This document shows, piece by piece, positions 39,111-53,400 of a stretch of 64,000 nucleotides of DNA; the stretch's first letter is position 1, and each line of letters opens with the position of its first letter. The stretch lies in the NCBI RefSeq assembly GCF_009914755.1, contig NC_060945.1; one strand, given 5' to 3'. The position numbers and the translations under genes are program-made. The notes beneath the pieces are model-generated. The model was not told the origin of the DNA, made no database searches, and saw nothing but the letters and a program-made list of their open reading frames with translations. This DNA comes from the human T2T-CHM13v2.0 reference genome, Homo sapiens.

Positions 39111-42100
39111 AAGATTGTGCCACTGCACTCCAGTCTGGTAGAAAGTGTGCGATCCCTTCGAAATAAAGGAATGGAATGGAAAGGAGTGGAATGGGATGGA
39201 ATGGAGTGGAATGCAGTGGAGTGGAGTGGAATGGAGAGGAGTGGAATGGAGAGGGGTGGAATGGAAAGGAGCAGAACAGAATGGAATAGAATGGAGTGGA
39301 ATGGAATGGAATGGAGTGGAAAGGTACTGAGTGGAGTGGAGTGGAGAGAATTGGAGTTGAATGGAGTGGAATGGAGTGAAATTGATTGGAGTGGAATGGA
39401 GTGTAGTGGAATGGAATGGAGTGGAATGGAACGGAACAGAACAGAATGTGACGGAACAGAATGGAACAGAGTGAAGTGGAGTGGAGTGGTGTGGAATGGA
39501 GTGCAATGAAGTTGAATGGAAAGGAGTGGCATGGAATGGAATGGAATGGAACCGACTGGAATGGAATGGAGTGGAATGGAATGGAATGGAATGGAAAGGA
39601 ACAGAGTGGAGAGGAGTGGAGTGGAATTGAGTGGAGTGGATCACAGTGCAGTGGAATGGAATGGAATGGAATGGAATGGAATGGAATGGAATGGAAAGGA
39701 ATTGAATTGAGTGGTGTGGCATGGAATGGAATGAAAAGGAGTGGAGTGGAGTAGAGCGGAGTTGAGTGGAGTGGATCGGAGTGCAGTGAAATGGAATGGA
39801 ATGGAACCGAGTTGGTTGGAATGAAATAGAATGTAATGGAATGGAGAGGACTGGACTGGAGTGGAATGAAGCGGAGTGGAATGGAATGGAATGTAATAGA
39901 ATGGAATGGAGTGGAGTGGAATGGAGTGGTGTGGAGTGGAATCGAGTGGAATGGAATGGAAAGGAGTGGAGTAGAATGGAATGGAATGGAATGGAATGGA
40001 ATGGAGTGGAATGGAATGGAATGGAGTTAAATGGAATGGAGTGGAGAGAAGTGGAGTGGAGAGGAGTGGAATGGAGTAGAGTGGAGTGGAATGGAATGGG
40101 GTGGGGTGGAATGAAGTGGAGTGGAATGGAATGGAATGTAGGAGAGAAATGGAATGGAGTGGAGTGGAGTAGAATGGAATGGAGAGGAATTGAGTGGAAT
40201 GGAGTGAAATGGAATGGAGTGGAGTGGAATGGAATGCAGTGGAAAGGACTGGAATAGAACAGAATGGAATGGAACGGAATGGAATGGATTGGAGTGGAGT
40301 GGAGTGGAGTGGATTGGAGTGGAATGGAGAAGAAATGAATGGAGTGGAGTGGAATGGAATGGAATGGAACAGAAAGAAATGGAATGAAATGGAACGGCAT
40401 GGAATGGAATGGAACAGAATGGAGTGGAGTGGAATGGAGTGGAGTTGAGTGCAGTGGATAGGAGTGCAGTGGAATGGAACGGAATGGAATGGAATGCAAT
40501 GGAATGGAATGTAGTGGAGTGGAGTGGAATGGAATAGAATGGAATGGAATGGAGTGGACTGGAGTGGAGTGGATTGGAGTGGAGTGGATGGTGTGGAATG
40601 GAATGGAATTTATTGGAATGGAATGGAATGGAATGGAGTGGAGTGGAATAGAATGTAACGGAATGGAATGGAATAGAAAGGAATGGAATGGAATGGAATG
40701 GAATGGAATGGAATGGAATGGAAAGGAATGGAATGTTGTGGAGTGGAACGGAATGGAGTGGAGTGGAATGGAATGCACTGGAGTGGATTGGATTGGAATG
40801 GAATGGAGTGGAAAGGAATGGAATGGAATGGACAGGAATGGAGTGGAATGTAATGGAATGCAATGCAATGGAATGGAGTGGAATGTAATGGAATGCAATG
40901 GAATGGAATGGAATGGAATGGAATGGAATGGAATGGAATGGAATTGAGTGGAGTGGAGTTGTCTTGAGTGCAGTAGATCAGAGTGCATTGGAATGGAATG
41001 GAATGGAATCAAATGGAATGGAATGGAAGGGAGTGGAGCGGAATGGAATGGAATGGAATGGAGTACAGTGTAGTGTAGTGTAGTGTAGTGGAATGGAATG
41101 AAATGCAGTGGAGTACAGTAGATTGTAGTGGAGTGGAGTGGAATGCAATGGAATGCAGTGGAATGGAATGGAATGGAGTGGAATGAAATGGAAAGGAGTT
41201 TAATGGATTGGCATGGAATGGTGTGGAATGGAATGGAATGGAGTGGTATGCAACGGAATGGAATGGTATTGGGGTGGAGTGGAGTGGATTGAAATTGAGT
41301 GTAGTGGATCGGAGTGCAGTGGAATGGAATGGAATGGAATGGAATGCAATGAAATGGAATGGAATGGAACGGAATGCAACGGAGTGGAGTGAAGTGGAGT
41401 GGAGTTGATGGCAGTGGATCAGAGTGCAGTGGAATGGATTGGAACGGAATGGAATGGAATGGAGTGGAGTGGAATGGAATGGAATGAAGTGGAATGCAAT
41501 GGAGTCGAGTGGAATGGAGTGGAGTGGAGTGAAATGGATGAAATGGAGTGGAGTGGCGTGGAGTGGATTGGAATGGAATGGAACCGAATGGAATAGATAG
41601 GAAAGGAATGGAACGGAAAGAAATGGAGTAGAGTGGAGTGCAGTGGAGTGGAGTGGAGTGAAGTGGAGTGGAATCGAGTGGAATGGAGTGGAACAGAGTG
41701 GAGTGGAGTGGAACAGAGTGGAGTGGAGTGGAGTGGAGTGGAGTGGAGTGGAATGGAGTGGAACAGAGTGGAGTGGAATGGAGTGGAATGGAGTTTTGCG
41801 GAGTGGAGTGGAGGGAATGGAGTTGAGTGGAATGGAGTTTAGTGGAAAGGAATGGAATGGAATGGAAGGGAACGCAACTGAGTGGAGTGGAGTGGATTAG
41901 AATTGAGTGAAGTGTATCGGAGTGCAGGGGAATGGAATGGAATGGAATGGAATGGAATGGAATGGAATGGAATGGAGTGGAGTGGAGTGGATTGTAGTGG
42001 AAAGGAATGGAGTGGAGTGGAATGTATTGCAGTGCAGTGGAGTGAAATATAATGGAATCTAGTGGCATGGAATAGAATGGAGTGGAATGAAATGGAATGG

Positions 42101-45100
42101 GGTGGAATGGAATGGAATGGAGTGGTGTGGAATGGAATGGAATGGAGGGGAATGGAATATAATGGAATGGAATGAAATGAAAGGGAATGGTGAAATGATA
42201 TTTGAGCTAAGATCGTGCAACTGCACTGAAGTCTGGGTGACAGAGAGAGAGCCAGTCGAAATAAAGGAGTGGAATGAAATGGAGTCGAATGGAATGGAAT
42301 GGAGTGCAGTGTTATGGAATGGAGTGCAATGGATTGGAGTGGAGTGGAACAGAGTGCAGTGTAGTGGAGTTGACTGGAGTGGATCAGAGTGCAGTGGAAT
42401 GGAATGGAATGCAATGGGCAGGAAAGGAGTGTAGTGTAATAGAGTGGAATGGAGTGAACAGGTGTGGAGTGGAATGGAGTGGAGTGGAATGGAATGGTGT
42501 GGAATGGAAAGGAACAGAATGGAAAGGAACGGAATAGAATGGAATGGAGTGGAGTGAAGTGGAATGAAGAGGGGTGGATTGGAATAGAATGGACCCGTGT
42601 GTAGTGGAGTGGAGTGGATTGGAGTGGAATGTGGGGGAAGGGAATGGAGTGGAGTGGAATGGAATGTAATGGAACGGAATGTAATGGAACGGAATGGAAC
42701 AGAATGGAACGGAATGGAACGGAATGAACAGAATAGAATGGAATGGAACATAGTGGAGTGGATTGGAGTGGCGTAGAGTTGAGTGCAGTGTATTGCAGTG
42801 CAGTGGAATGGAATAGAATGGAATGGAATGGAATGGTGAAATGATATGTGAGCTAAGATTGTGCAACTGCACTCCAATCTGGGTGACAGAGAGAGTCCCA
42901 ATCCAAATAAAGGAGTGAAATGGAATGGAGTCGAATGGAATGGAATGGAGTGCAGTGGTATGGAATGATGTGCAATGGAGTGGAGTGGAACAGACTGTAG
43001 AGGAGTGGAGTTGACAGGAGTGGATCAGAGTGCAGTGGAATGGAATGGAATGCAATGCACAGGAATGGAGTGGAGTGGAATGGAGTGGAATGTAGTGAAC
43101 AGGAGTGGAGTGGAATGGAGTGAAATGGAAAGCAATGGTGTGGAGTGGCACGGAACGGAATGGAATGGAACTGAATGGAACAGAATGGAGTCGAGTGAAG
43201 TGGAGTAGAGTGGAATGGAATGGACTGGTGTGTAGCAGAGAGGAGTGGATTGGAGTGGAATGGAGGGGAAGGTAATGGAGTTGAGTATAATGGAATGGAA
43301 TGGAATGGAATGGAATGGAATAGAATGGAATGGAATGTAGTGGAGTGGATTGAAGTGGAGTGGAGTGGAGTTGAGCGGAGTGGAGTAGAGTGGAATGGAT
43401 TGGAGTGCAACAGAGTGGAGTGGAACGAAGTGGAATGGTTTGGAATGGAAGTTAGTGGCATGGAATGGAAAGGAGTGGATTGGAGTGGAGTGGAATGGGG
43501 TAGAATGGAGTGAAATGGAGTGGAGTGAAATGGAGTCGAATGGAATGGAGTGGAATGGCATGCAACAGAATGGAAAGGAAAGTAATGGAGAGGAGTGGAG
43601 TGAAGTGGAGTGGAGTTGAGTGGAGTGGATCAGAGTGTACTGGAATGGAATGGAATGGAATGGAGTGAAGTTGAATGGAACAGAGTGAAGTGGAGGGGAG
43701 TGGAGTGTATTGTAGTGGAGTGGAATGGAGTAGGGTGGAGTGGAGTGGAGTGGAATGGAATGGAATGGAATAGTGAAATGAAATGTGAGCTAAGATTCTG
43801 CAACTGCACTACAGTCTGGGTGACAAAGTTAGATCCAGTCAAAATAAAGGAATGGAAAGGTATGGAGTAAAATGAAATGGAATGGGTTGGAGTGAAATGG
43901 AATGGAGTGGAATGGAGTGGAGTGGAGTGGAATGGAGTGAAATGGAGTGGAGTGGAGTTTAATGGAATGGAATGCAGTGGAAAGGGAGGGAATGGAGTGG
44001 AGTGGAATGGAGTGAAATGGAGTGGAGTGGAGTTTAATGGAATGGAATGCAGTGGAAAGGGAGGGAATGGAGTGGAGTGGAATGCAGTGGATTGCAATGG
44101 AATGGAGTGGAATGTAGTGAAATGGAGTGGAGTGGAATGGAGTGGAGTGGAATTGAATGGATTGGAATGGAATGGAACAGAATGGAAGAGAATGGAAAGG
44201 AGTGGGGTGGAGTGGAGTGGAGTTCATTGGAGTGGATCGGAGTACACTTGAATTGAATGGAATGAAATGGACTGGAATGGAGTGTAGTGAGTGGAGAGGA
44301 GTTTGGTGGAATTGAGTGGAATTGACTGGAGTTGTGAGGAGTTGTGTGGAGTGGAGTGGAATGGAGTGGAATGGAAGGGAGTGGAGTGGAATGAAGTGGA
44401 ATGGAAGGGAGTGGAGTGGAATGGAATGGAATGGAACGGTATGGAATTGAATGGAACAGAATGGAGTGGAATGGAATGGAATGGAGTGGAGTGGAATTGA
44501 GAGGAGTGGGTCACAGTGCAGTGGAATGGAATGGAATTTGATGGATTGGAATGGAATGTAGTGGAGAGGAATGGAATGGAATAGAATGGAGTGGAGTGGA
44601 ATGAAATGGAGTGGAGTGGAGTGTAGGGGAGTGGAACGGAGTGGTGTGGAATGGAGTGGAATGGAGGGGAATGAAATGGAATGGAATGGAGTGGACTGGA
44701 AGGGAATGGATTGGAATGGAATGAAGTAAAGTGTATCGGAGAGGAGTCGAGTAAAATGGAGTGGAATGTAGGGAAATGGAGTGGAGTGATATGGAGGGGA
44801 GAGGAATGGAATGGAGTGGAATGGAATGAAACAGAATGGAACGGAATGGAACGGAGTGGAGTGGAGTGGAATGGAGGGGAGTTCAGTGGAGTGAAACCGA
44901 GTGCAGTGGAATGGAATGGAATGGAAAGGAATGGAGTGGAGTGAAGTAGAGTGCAGTGGAGTGGTGCGGAGTTGAGTGGAATGGTGTGAAGTGGAATGGA
45001 GTGGAGTAGAGTGGAATGAAATGGAATGTAACGGAATGGAATGGAATGAAATGAAATGGAATGGAAAAGAAAGGAACGGAGTGGAGTGGAGTGGAGAGGA

Positions 45101-47499
45101 GTAGAGTGGAGTGGATCGGAGTGCAGTGGAATTGAATGGAATGCAACTGGATGGAAAGGAATGGGGTGGAGTGGATTGGAATGGAAGGGAGTAGAGTGGA
45201 ATAGAGTGGAATGGAGTGAAGTGGAATGGAAAGGAGTGGAGTAGAATGGAATGCAGTGGAATGGAATGGAATGGAAGAGAATGGTGAAATGAAATGTGAG
45301 CTAAAATTGTGCCACTGCACTCCTTTCTGGATGACAGAGTGAGATTCATTTGAAATAAAGGACTGGAATGCAATGGAGTAGAATGGGAAGGAAAGGAGTG
45401 GAGTGGAATGGCATGGAGTGGAATGAAGTGGAGTGGAGTGGAATGGAGTGGAGTGGAATGGAGAGGAGTGGAATGGAGAGCAATGGAGTGGAATGGAATG
45501 GAATGGAGTGGAATGGAATGGAATGGAATGGAGTGGAATGGAATGGAATGGAATGGAATGGAATGGAATGGAGTGGAATGGAATGGAATGGAATGGAATG
45601 GAATGGAATGGAATGGAGTGGAATGGAATGGAGTGGAGTGGAATGGAATGGAATGGAATGGAATGGAATGGAATGGAATGGAGTGGAATGGAATGGAGTG
45701 GAATGGAGTGGAGTGGAGATGAGTGGAGTAGAATGGAGTGGAGTGGAATGGAGGGGTATGGAGAGCAATGGAATGGAATGTAATGGAGTGAAATGGAACG
45801 GAATGGAGTGGAATGAAATTGAGTGGAGAGGAGTGGAGTGGAGTGGAGTGAAGTGGATTGGAGTGGAGTGGAATGGAATGGACTGTAATGGAATGGAGAG
45901 GATTGGAATGAAATAGAACGGAATGGAATGGAATGTAACGGAATGGAAAGAAACAGAACGGAAGTGAGTGGAGTGGACTGGAATGCAGTGGAGTTGAGTG
46001 GAGTGGTTCATAGTGGAGTGGAATGGAATGGAATGGATCTGAATGGAATGGAGTGGAATGGAATGGATTGGAATGGAATGGAATGGAATGGAATGGAGTG
46101 TAGTGGAGTGGTGTGGAGTAGAGTGGAATGGAATGGAATGGAGTGTAGTGGAGTGGAATGGAATGGAGTGGAGTGGAGTGGAGTGATGTGGACTGCAATG
46201 GAATGAAGGGGATTGGAATGTAATGGAACGAAACGGAATGGAATGGAATGGAATGGAAAGGAAAGAAACAGAACGGAACTGAGTGGAGTGGACAGGAATG
46301 AAGTGGAGTTAAGTGGAGTGGTTCAGAGTGGAGTGGAATGGAATGGAATGGAATGTAAAGGAACGGAATGGAAAGAAGCAGAACAGAACTAAGTGGAGTG
46401 GAGTGGAATGCAGTGGAGTTGAGTGGAGTGGTTCAGAGTGGAGTGGGATGGAACGGAATGGAATGGATTGCAATGGAATGGAGTGGAGTGGAATGGAATG
46501 GAGTGGAGTGGTGTGGGGTAGAGTGGAAAGGGATGGAATGGAATGGAATGGAGTGTAGTGGAGTAGAATGGATTGGAGTGGAGTGGAGTGTAATGGTTTG
46601 GAGTGGAATGGAATGAAGTGGAGTGGAGTGGAGTGGAGTGTAATGGAGTGGAATGGATTGGAATGGAATGGAAAGGAATGGAGTGGACTGGAATGTAACG
46701 GAGTGGAATGGAATTGAATGGAGTGTACTGGAGTGGAGTCGAGTGGACTGTAATGGAATGGAAATGAGAGAAATGTAGTGGAGTGGTATGGATTGTAGTG
46801 GAATAGAAAGGAGTGGAATGGAATGGAACGGAAAGGAACAGATTGGAGTGGAGTGGATTGGAGTGGAGTTGAGTGGAGTGGATCGGAGTGGTGTGGAATT
46901 TAATGGAATGGAATGGAAAGGAATGGAATGGCGTGGAGTGGAATGGAATGGAGTGGAGTGGAATGGAATGGAATGGAGTGGAAGGGAATGGAGTGGAGTG
47001 GAATGGAATGGAATGGAAAGAAATGGCATGGAACAGAACGGAATGGAATGGAAAGGAATGGAATGGAGAGGAGTGGAGAGGTGTGGATTGGAGTTGAGTG
47101 GAGTGGATAAAAGTGCACTGGAATGGAATGGAATAGAATGGAATTGAATGGAATGGAATGGAAAGGAGTCAAGTAGAATGGAGTGGAGTGGCATGGAGTG
47201 GAGGGAAGTAGAGTGTAGTGGAGTGTAGTGGAATGGAATGTAATTGAGTGGAGTGTAATGGAATGGAATGGTGAAATGAAATGTGTGCTAAGATTGTGCC
47301 ACTGCAATCCAGTCTGGGTGACAGAGTGAGATCCAGTCGAAATGATGGAATGGAAGGGAGTAGAAAGGAAAGGAATGGAATGGAGTAGAGTGGAATGGAA
47401 TGGAGTGGAATGGAATGGAGCTTAGTGGAATGGAGTAGACTGGAATGGAGTGGAGTGGAATGGAGTGGAGTGGAGTGGAATAAAATGAAAAGGAATAGA

Positions 47500-50400
47500 T
47501 TGGAATGCAAGGAATGGAGTGGAGTGGAGTGGAGTTAGTGAAACGGAGTGGAGTGGAATGGAGTGGAGTGGAGTGGAATGGAGTGGAGTGAAATGGAATG
47601 GAGTGGAGCAGAGGGGAATGGAGTGGAATGGAATGGAATGGAATGGAATGGAGAGGAATGGAGAAGAATGGAGTGGAATGTAATGGAGTGGAGTGGAGTG
47701 GATTGGAGTGGAGTGGAGTATATAGGAGTGGAATGGAGTGAAATGGAGTGGAGTGGACTGGAGTGGAGTGGAATGCAATTGAGTGGAATTGAAAGGAACG
47801 GAACAGCTGCAACAGAACAGAATGAAATGGAGTGAGTGGAGTGGAGTGGAGTTGAGTGTAGTTGATCGGAGTGCAGTTGCATGGAATGGAATGGAATGGA
47901 TTGAAATTGAGTGGAGTAGAGTAGAGTTTAGTGGACTGTAGTGGAATGGAGTGGAGTGGAGAGGACTGCAGTGGAGTTGAGTGGAATGGGGTGGAATTGA
48001 GTGGAGCGGAATGGAGTCGAGAGGAATGGAATGGAATGGAATGGAATGGAATGGAATGGAATGGAATGGAACAGAATGGAATGGAACAGAACGGAATGGA
48101 GTAGAGTGAAATGGAGTGGAGTTGAGTGTAGTGTAGTGGCCTGGAGTGGAATGGAATGGAATAGAATGAAATGGAATGGAATGGTGAAATGAAATGTGAA
48201 CTGATTGTGCCACTGCACTCCAGTATGTGTGACAGAGTGAGATCCAGTCAAAATAAAGGAATGGAAGGAAATGGAGTAGAATGGAATGGAATGGAGTGGA
48301 GTGGAATGGAATGGAGTGGAATGAAATGGAATGGAGTGGAATGGAATGGAGTGGAGTGGAATAGAATGGAATGGATTGGAATGGAATGAAATGGAATGGA
48401 GTGGAATGGAAGGAATGGAGTGGAATGGAGTGGAGTGGAGTGGAATGGAGTGGAGTGCACTGAGTGGAATGGATTGGACTGGAATGGAATGGAGTGGAAT
48501 GGAGTGGAATGGAATGTAATGGATTGGATTGGAATGAAATGGAATGGACTGGAATGCAATGGAATGGAGTGGAGTGGAGTGGGATGGAGTGGAATGGAGT
48601 GAAATGGAGTGGAGTGGAGTGGAATGAAATGGAATGGAATGGAATGGAACGGAATGGTGAAATGAAATGTGAGCTGAGATTGTGCGACTGCACTCCAGCC
48701 TGGGTGACAGAGTGAGATCCTGTGGAAAGATAGGAAAGTAATGTTATGGAGTATACTGGAATTGAATGGAATGGAATGTAGTGGAGTGGAGTGGAGTGCA
48801 GTGGAATGGAGTGGAATGCAATGTGATTCAATGGAAAGGATCGGAGGGGAGTAGAGTGCAGTGGAATGGAGTGGAATGGAATGGGATGGAATGGAGAGGA
48901 GAGAAGAAAAGTGTAGTGGAGTGGAATGGAATGGAGTGGAGTGGAGTTGAGTGGACTGGAGTGGAATGGAGTGGAATGGAATGGAAAGGTGAAATGAAAT
49001 GTGAGCTCAGATTGTGCCACTGTGCTCCAGTCTGTGTGAGACAGTGAGACCCTGTCGAAAGAAAAGGATGGAATGGAATGGTGTGGAATGGAAAGGAACG
49101 GAATTGAATGGAGTGGAGTGGAGTGCAATGGAGTGGAATGGAATGGGATGGAAAGGAATGTAATGGTTTTGAGTGGAGTGGAGTGGAGTGATGTGGAATG
49201 GAGTGGAATGTAATGGGACGAATTGGAATGGAGAGGACTGGAGTGGATTGGAATGGAATTGAATGGAATGGAATGGAATGGAATGGAGTGGAGTGGAAAG
49301 GAGTTGAGTCCACTGGAATGCAATGTAATGGAACGGAATGGAATGGAATGGTGAAATTAGATGTGAGATGTGATTGTGCCACTGCACTCCAAACTGTGTG
49401 ACAGAGTGAGATGCTGTCAAAAGAAAGGAATGGAATGGAATGGAACAGAATGTAGAGGAGTGGAGTGCAGTGGAATGGAGTGGAATGCAATGTGATTCAA
49501 TGGAAAGGATCGGAGGGGAGTAGAGTGCAGTGGAATGGAGTGGAATGGAATGGGATGTAATGGAGAGGAGAGGAGAAAAGTGTAGTGGAGTGGAATGGAA
49601 TGGAGTGGAGTGGAGTTGAGTGGACTGGAGTGGAATGGAGTGGAGTGGAATGGAAAGGTGAAATGAAATGTGAGCTCAGATTGTGCCACTGTGCTCCAGT
49701 CTGTGTGAGACAGTGAGACCCTGTCGAAAGAAAGGGATGGAATGGAATGGAGTGGAATGGAAAGGAACGGAATTGAATGGAGAGGAGTGGGGTGGAGTGG
49801 AGTGGAATGGAGTGGAATGGAATGGGATGGAAAGGAATGTAATGGTTTGGAGTGGAGTGGAGTTGAGTGATGTGGAATGGAGTGGAAAGGAATGGGATGG
49901 ATTGGAATGAGATGGGATGGAATTCAATGGAATGTAGCAGAGTGGAGTGGACGGGAATGGAATGGAATGGACTGGAATGTAATGGAATGGAATGGCGTGG
50001 AGTGGAGTGGAATGGAATGGTTTCGAGTGGAATTGAATTGAGCGGAGGGTAGTGGAATGAAGTGGAGTGGAATTGAGTGGAATTGAAAGGATGGAATGGA
50101 ATAGAGTGGAGTGGTTTGGAGTGGAATGGAGAGGAAGGGAGTTGAATGGAATGGGATGGAATGGAATGGAGTGGAGGGGAGTGGAATGGAATGGAATGGA
50201 GTGGAATGGAAAGGAATGGAAAGGAATGGAACGGAATTGAATGGTGATGTGAAATGTGAACTGAAATTGTGTTACTGCACTCCAGCCTGGTTGACAGAGT
50301 GAGATCCTGTCAAAAGAAAGAAATAGAATGGAATGGATTGGAATGGAATGGAATGGAATGGAATGGAATGGAATGGAATGGAATGGAATGGAATTGAATG

Positions 50401-53400
50401 GAATGGAGTGGAGTGGAGTGGAATGGAGTGGAATGGAATGGGATGGAATGACATGGAGTGGAGTGGCGTGGAGTGGAATGGAGTGGAGAGGAGTGGAATG
50501 GAATGGAATGGAATGGAGTGGAATGGATATAGTGGAATGGAATGAAATGGAACGGATTGGAATGCAGTGGAATGGAATGGTGAAACCAAATGTGAGCTGT
50601 GATTGTGCCACTGAACTCCAACCTGGGAGAGAGAGTGAGATCCTGTCGAAAGAAAGGAAAGGAACCGAATGAATGCAATGGAATTGAATGGAGTGGAATG
50701 GAGTGGAATGGAGTGGAGTGGAGTGGCGTGGAGTGCAGGGGACTGGAGTGGAGAGGAGTGGAGTGGCGTGGAATGGAGGGGACTGGAGTGGAGAGGAATG
50801 GAGTGGAGGGGAATGGAGTGGTATGGAATGGATGGAGTGGAATGGAATAGAGTGGAGAGGAGTGGAGTGGAGTGGAATGGAGTGGAATCAAATGGGATAG
50901 AATGGAGTGAATTGGAGTGGAGTGGAGTGGAATAGAATGGAATGGAATGGAAAGGAATGGAATTCAATGGAATGGAATATAAAGGAATGGAGTGGAATGG
51001 AATGGTGAAATGAAATATGAACTGAAATTGTGTCACTGTACTCCAGCCTGGGTGACAGAGTGAGATCCTCTCAAAACAAAGAAATGGAATTGATTGCAGT
51101 ATAATGGAATGTAATGGAATGGAGTAAAGTGAAATGGAGTGGAGTTGAGTGGAATGGAGTCTAATGGAACCGGATGGAATGGAGTGGAGTGGTGTGGAGT
51201 GCAATGGAATGGAATTGAATGGAAAGGAGTGGAATGGATATGATGGAGTGGAGTAGAGTGGAAAGGAATGGAATGGAATGGAATGGAATGGAATGGAATG
51301 GAATGGAATGGAATGCAGTGGAAAGGAATGGTGAAATGAAATGTGAGCTGAGATTGTGCCACTGCACTCCAGGCTGGGAGACAGGATGAGATCCTGTAGA
51401 AAAAAAGGAATGGAATGGAATGCAGTGTCACAGAATAGAATGGAATATAGTGGAGTGGAATGGAGTGGAATGGAATGCGATGGACTGGAATGGAGTGTAG
51501 TGGTGTGGAGTGGACAGAAGTGGTAGGGAGTTGAATGGAATGGAGTGGAGTGGTGTGGAGTGGACTGGAGTGGAAGGGAGTTGAATTTAATGGGATGGAA
51601 TGGAATGGAGTGGAGGGGAGTGGAGTGGAATAAAATGGAATGGAATGGAATGGAATGGAATGGAATGGAATGGAATGGAATGGAATGGAATGGAACGGTG
51701 AAATGAAATGTGAACTAAAATTCTGTTACTGCACTCCAGCCTGGGTGACAGAGTGAGATCCTGTCAAAGGAAAGGAATGGAATGGAGTACAATGGAATGG
51801 AATGGAATGGAATAGAGTGGAGTGGAGTGGAATGGATTGGAATGTAATGTAATGGAATGACATGGAGTGGAGTGGAGTGGCATGGTTTGGAATGGAGTGG
51901 AATGGAGTGCAATGGAATGGAGTGGAGTGGAGTGGAATGGAATGGAATGGAATAGAATGGAGTGGAATGTAATGGAGTGGAGTGTAGTGGATTGGGGTGG
52001 AGTGGATAAGAGTGGAATGGAGTGGAATGGAGTGAAATGGAGTGGAGTTGACTGTAGTGGAGTGGAATGGAATGGAGTGGAATGGAAAGGAACGGAAAGA
52101 ACTGGAACGGAACGGAATGAAACGGAGTGAGTGGAGTGGAATGGAGTTGAGTGGAGATGATCGGAGTGTAGTTGCATGGAATGGAATGGAATGGAATGGA
52201 GTGGAGTGGAGTAGAGTGGAGTTTAGTTGATTGTAGTGGAATGGAGTGGAGTGAAGTGGAGAAGACTGCAGTGGAGTTGAGTGGCATGGAATGAAATTGA
52301 GTGGAATGGAGTGGAGAGGAATGGAATGGAATGGATCGGAATGCAATGGAATGGAATGGAACAGAACGGAATGGAGTAGAGTGGAGTGGAGTGGAGTGGA
52401 ATGGAATGACATGGAATGGAATGGAATGCAATGGAATGGAAAGGGGAAATGAAATGTGAGCTAAGATTGTGCCACTGCACTCCTGTCTGGGTGACAGAGG
52501 AAGATCCAGTCGAAATAATGGAATGGAAAGGAACGAAGTAGAATGGAATGGAATGGAGTGGACTGGAATGGAATGTAGTGGATTGGAGTAGAGTGGAGTG
52601 GAATGGAGTGGAGTGGAATGGAGTGGAGAGGAGTGGAGTGGAATGCAGTGGAGTGGAATGGAAAGGAATGGAGTGGAAATGAATGAAATGGAGTGGAATG
52701 GATTGGAGTGGAGTGGAATGGACTGCAGTGGAATGAAGTGTTGTGGAATGGAGTGGAATGGAGTGGAATGGACGGGAATGGAATTGAATGGAATGGAATG
52801 AAGTGCATTGGAATGTAATGGAGTGGAGTGTAGTGGGTTGGAGTGGATTGGAGTGGAATGGAGTGCAGTAGAGTGAAATGGAGTGCAGTGGAAAGGAGGG
52901 TAGTGGAAAGGATTGGAGTGGAATGGAACAGAATAGAACAAAATGGAACGGAATGGAATAGAGCGGAGTGGAGTGGAGTTGAGTGGAGTGGATCAGAATG
53001 CATTGGAATGGAATGGAATGAAATGGATGGAGTGGAGTGTAGAGTCGTGTAGTGGAGAGGAGTGGAGTGGAATGGAGTGGAGTGAAGTGGAGTGGAATGC
53101 AATGGAATGGAATAGAATGAAATGGAAAGGAATGGTGAAATTAAATGTGAGCTAAGATTGTGCCACTGCACTCCAGTATGTGTGACAGAGTGAGATCCAG
53201 TCGAAATAAAGGAATGGAACGAAATGGAGTATAATGGAATGGAATGGAGTGGAGTGGAATGGAATGGAGTGGAATCAAATGGAGTGGAGTGGAATGGAGT
53301 GGAGTGGAATGGAGTGGAGTGGAATAGAGTGGAATGGAGTGGAATGGAGTGAAATGGAATGCAGTGGACTGGAAGGAATGGAGTGGAATGGAGTGGAGTG

